A DNA stretch of 64,000 nt, taken from Candidatus Heritagella intestinalis. Its GTDB lineage: Bacteria; Bacillota; Clostridia; Oscillospirales; Acutalibacteraceae. A program made the translations under genes and the position numbers. The stretch covers positions 30,223 through 94,222 of the forward strand of contig CAJFQF010000002.1 in the NCBI GenBank assembly GCA_904418995.1. Reading direction: 5' to 3'. The notes beneath the pieces were generated by a model that did not search any database, had not been told where the DNA came from, and saw nothing but the letters and a program-made list of their open reading frames with translations. This document shows positions 63,259-64,000 of this stretch, piece by piece. Every line of letters starts with the position of its first letter. The stretch's first letter is position 1.

Positions 63259-63927
63259 TCACACCCCCACAATCTCACTCAACGTCTTATGCTTTCCGCA
63301 GCTCTTCCGCTCTGGACAGAAGGCAAACTCGTATCTTTCGCACTGCGGGGCCATCATATCTGCAACCTCTGGGCAATAACAACGCACTGCCTTGCGCATG
63401 GCGTAGAACAGCTCTCTAATTTCGCTCTGGGCACGATTGCAAAGACGCAGGCGACTGGCCTCAACCAACGCCCTTGCATTCATGGTCACAACAATCTCTG
63501 TTGTACACGCATTGGGAAGCACTGCTCGTGCATCTTCCGGTCTTACACCATCCTGAACCAGATATTTGTAGGACGTAGCCGCATCCTGCATGGCGTCCTC
63601 AAAAATATCATGAGCAGAGTCGCCAGGCAGGGGAGGGTAGACATACTCAAACCCGTCTTCCAAACAGTAGCGCTGGCTGCGTTGGCTGTAGCTGGCATGG
63701 CGATGCCGCACAAGCTGATGGCTGCAAGCACGACTGATTCCAGAGATGTGAAAGGTGAAAGAGATATGTTCCCATACGCTCATATGTCCAGACTTGGCGC
63801 ATCCCTTTGCGATGGAATAGGTAGGGGTAGGGGAGCTGTCATAGCAAACACAAGCCGCCTCCTCTACAATTTGGGTGGGAGAACCTCCTTGAACGGGTGT
63901 GGACATTCCGATTACTTTAACTTCCAT
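63259..63927 (-). CDS. thyX: FAD-dependent thymidylate synthase ThyX
   Basis: ThyX signature RHRHASYSQRSQRY (RHRxxSxxxxSxRY) plus the HMSVWEH motif. Confidence 0.9.
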   Translation of the reverse strand: MEVKVIGMSTPVQGGSPTQIVEEAACVCYDSSPTPTYSIAKGCAKSGHMSVWEHISFTFHISGISRACSHQLVRHRHASYSQRSQRYCLEDGFEYVYPPLPGDSAHDIFEDAMQDAATSYKYLVQDGVRPEDARAVLPNACTTEIVVTMNARALVEASRLRLCNRAQSEIRELFYAMRKAVRCYCPEVADMMAPQCERYEFAFCPERKSCGKHKTLSEIVGV

Positions 63928-63954
63928 AAAACTACCTCCAAAAAGCTTGTTGGA

Positions 63955-64000
63955 TTATGCGCTCTTTTGTTTTGCCAAATCTCCCAGCATAATATCTTTG
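63955..64000 (-). CDS. 3' end of a further phage gene whose start lies beyond the window
   Basis: Open minus-strand frame ending ...KDIMLGDLAKQKSA then TAA at 63955-63957. Confidence 0.3.
   Translation of the reverse strand, partial: KDIMLGDLAKQKSA

Larger units (their letters stand above)
22630..64000 (-). mobile_element. siphovirus-type prophage, partial (extends beyond the window)
   Basis: Abrupt drop in GC after the kinase gene. A contiguous minus-strand run of lysis, tail, head, packaging and early genes. No integrase or right att site is in the window, so the left boundary is approximate. Confidence 0.9.

Overview
The window splits into two parts. Bases 1 to about 22,630 are high-GC chromosome from a spore-forming Clostridia-type Firmicute (taxon is inference). 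It carries housekeeping genes: fhs, tsaE, tsaB, rpiB, upp, a radical-SAM/TIGR03915 DNA-repair pair, a small serine recombinase, an aldehyde dehydrogenase, a Sir2 deacylase, ppa, sigG, cca, a GH13 enzyme, an MGMT-like protein, two YbjN-like paralogs and a Bce-type two-component system. From about 22,630 to the window end is a lower-GC siphovirus-type prophage that continues past base 64,000. Nearly all its genes are on the minus strand. In transcription order they are thyX, antirepressor, frameshifted Dam, a YonO-like RNA polymerase, PIN-PhoH, a metallophosphoesterase, HU, terminase, portal, capsid, tail, a 1876-aa tape measure, the Dit/Tal/fibre module and lysis genes. A cassette island with its own promoters sits at the prophage end. 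The most notable items are: (1) an 819-aa ORF with the motif set of YonO / RdRP-type two-barrel RNA polymerases; (2) a tandem array of a structured repeat with compensatory stem changes, plus one dispersed copy; (3) a near-identical in-frame tandem duplication giving a double RpiB; (4) a Dam methylase interrupted at a G7 tract; (5) a RuvC-like resolvase inside the tail module, directly after a terminator; (6) a 13-bp periodic repeat array in the phage early region. All functional calls come from reading motifs by eye. No database or HMM search was run.
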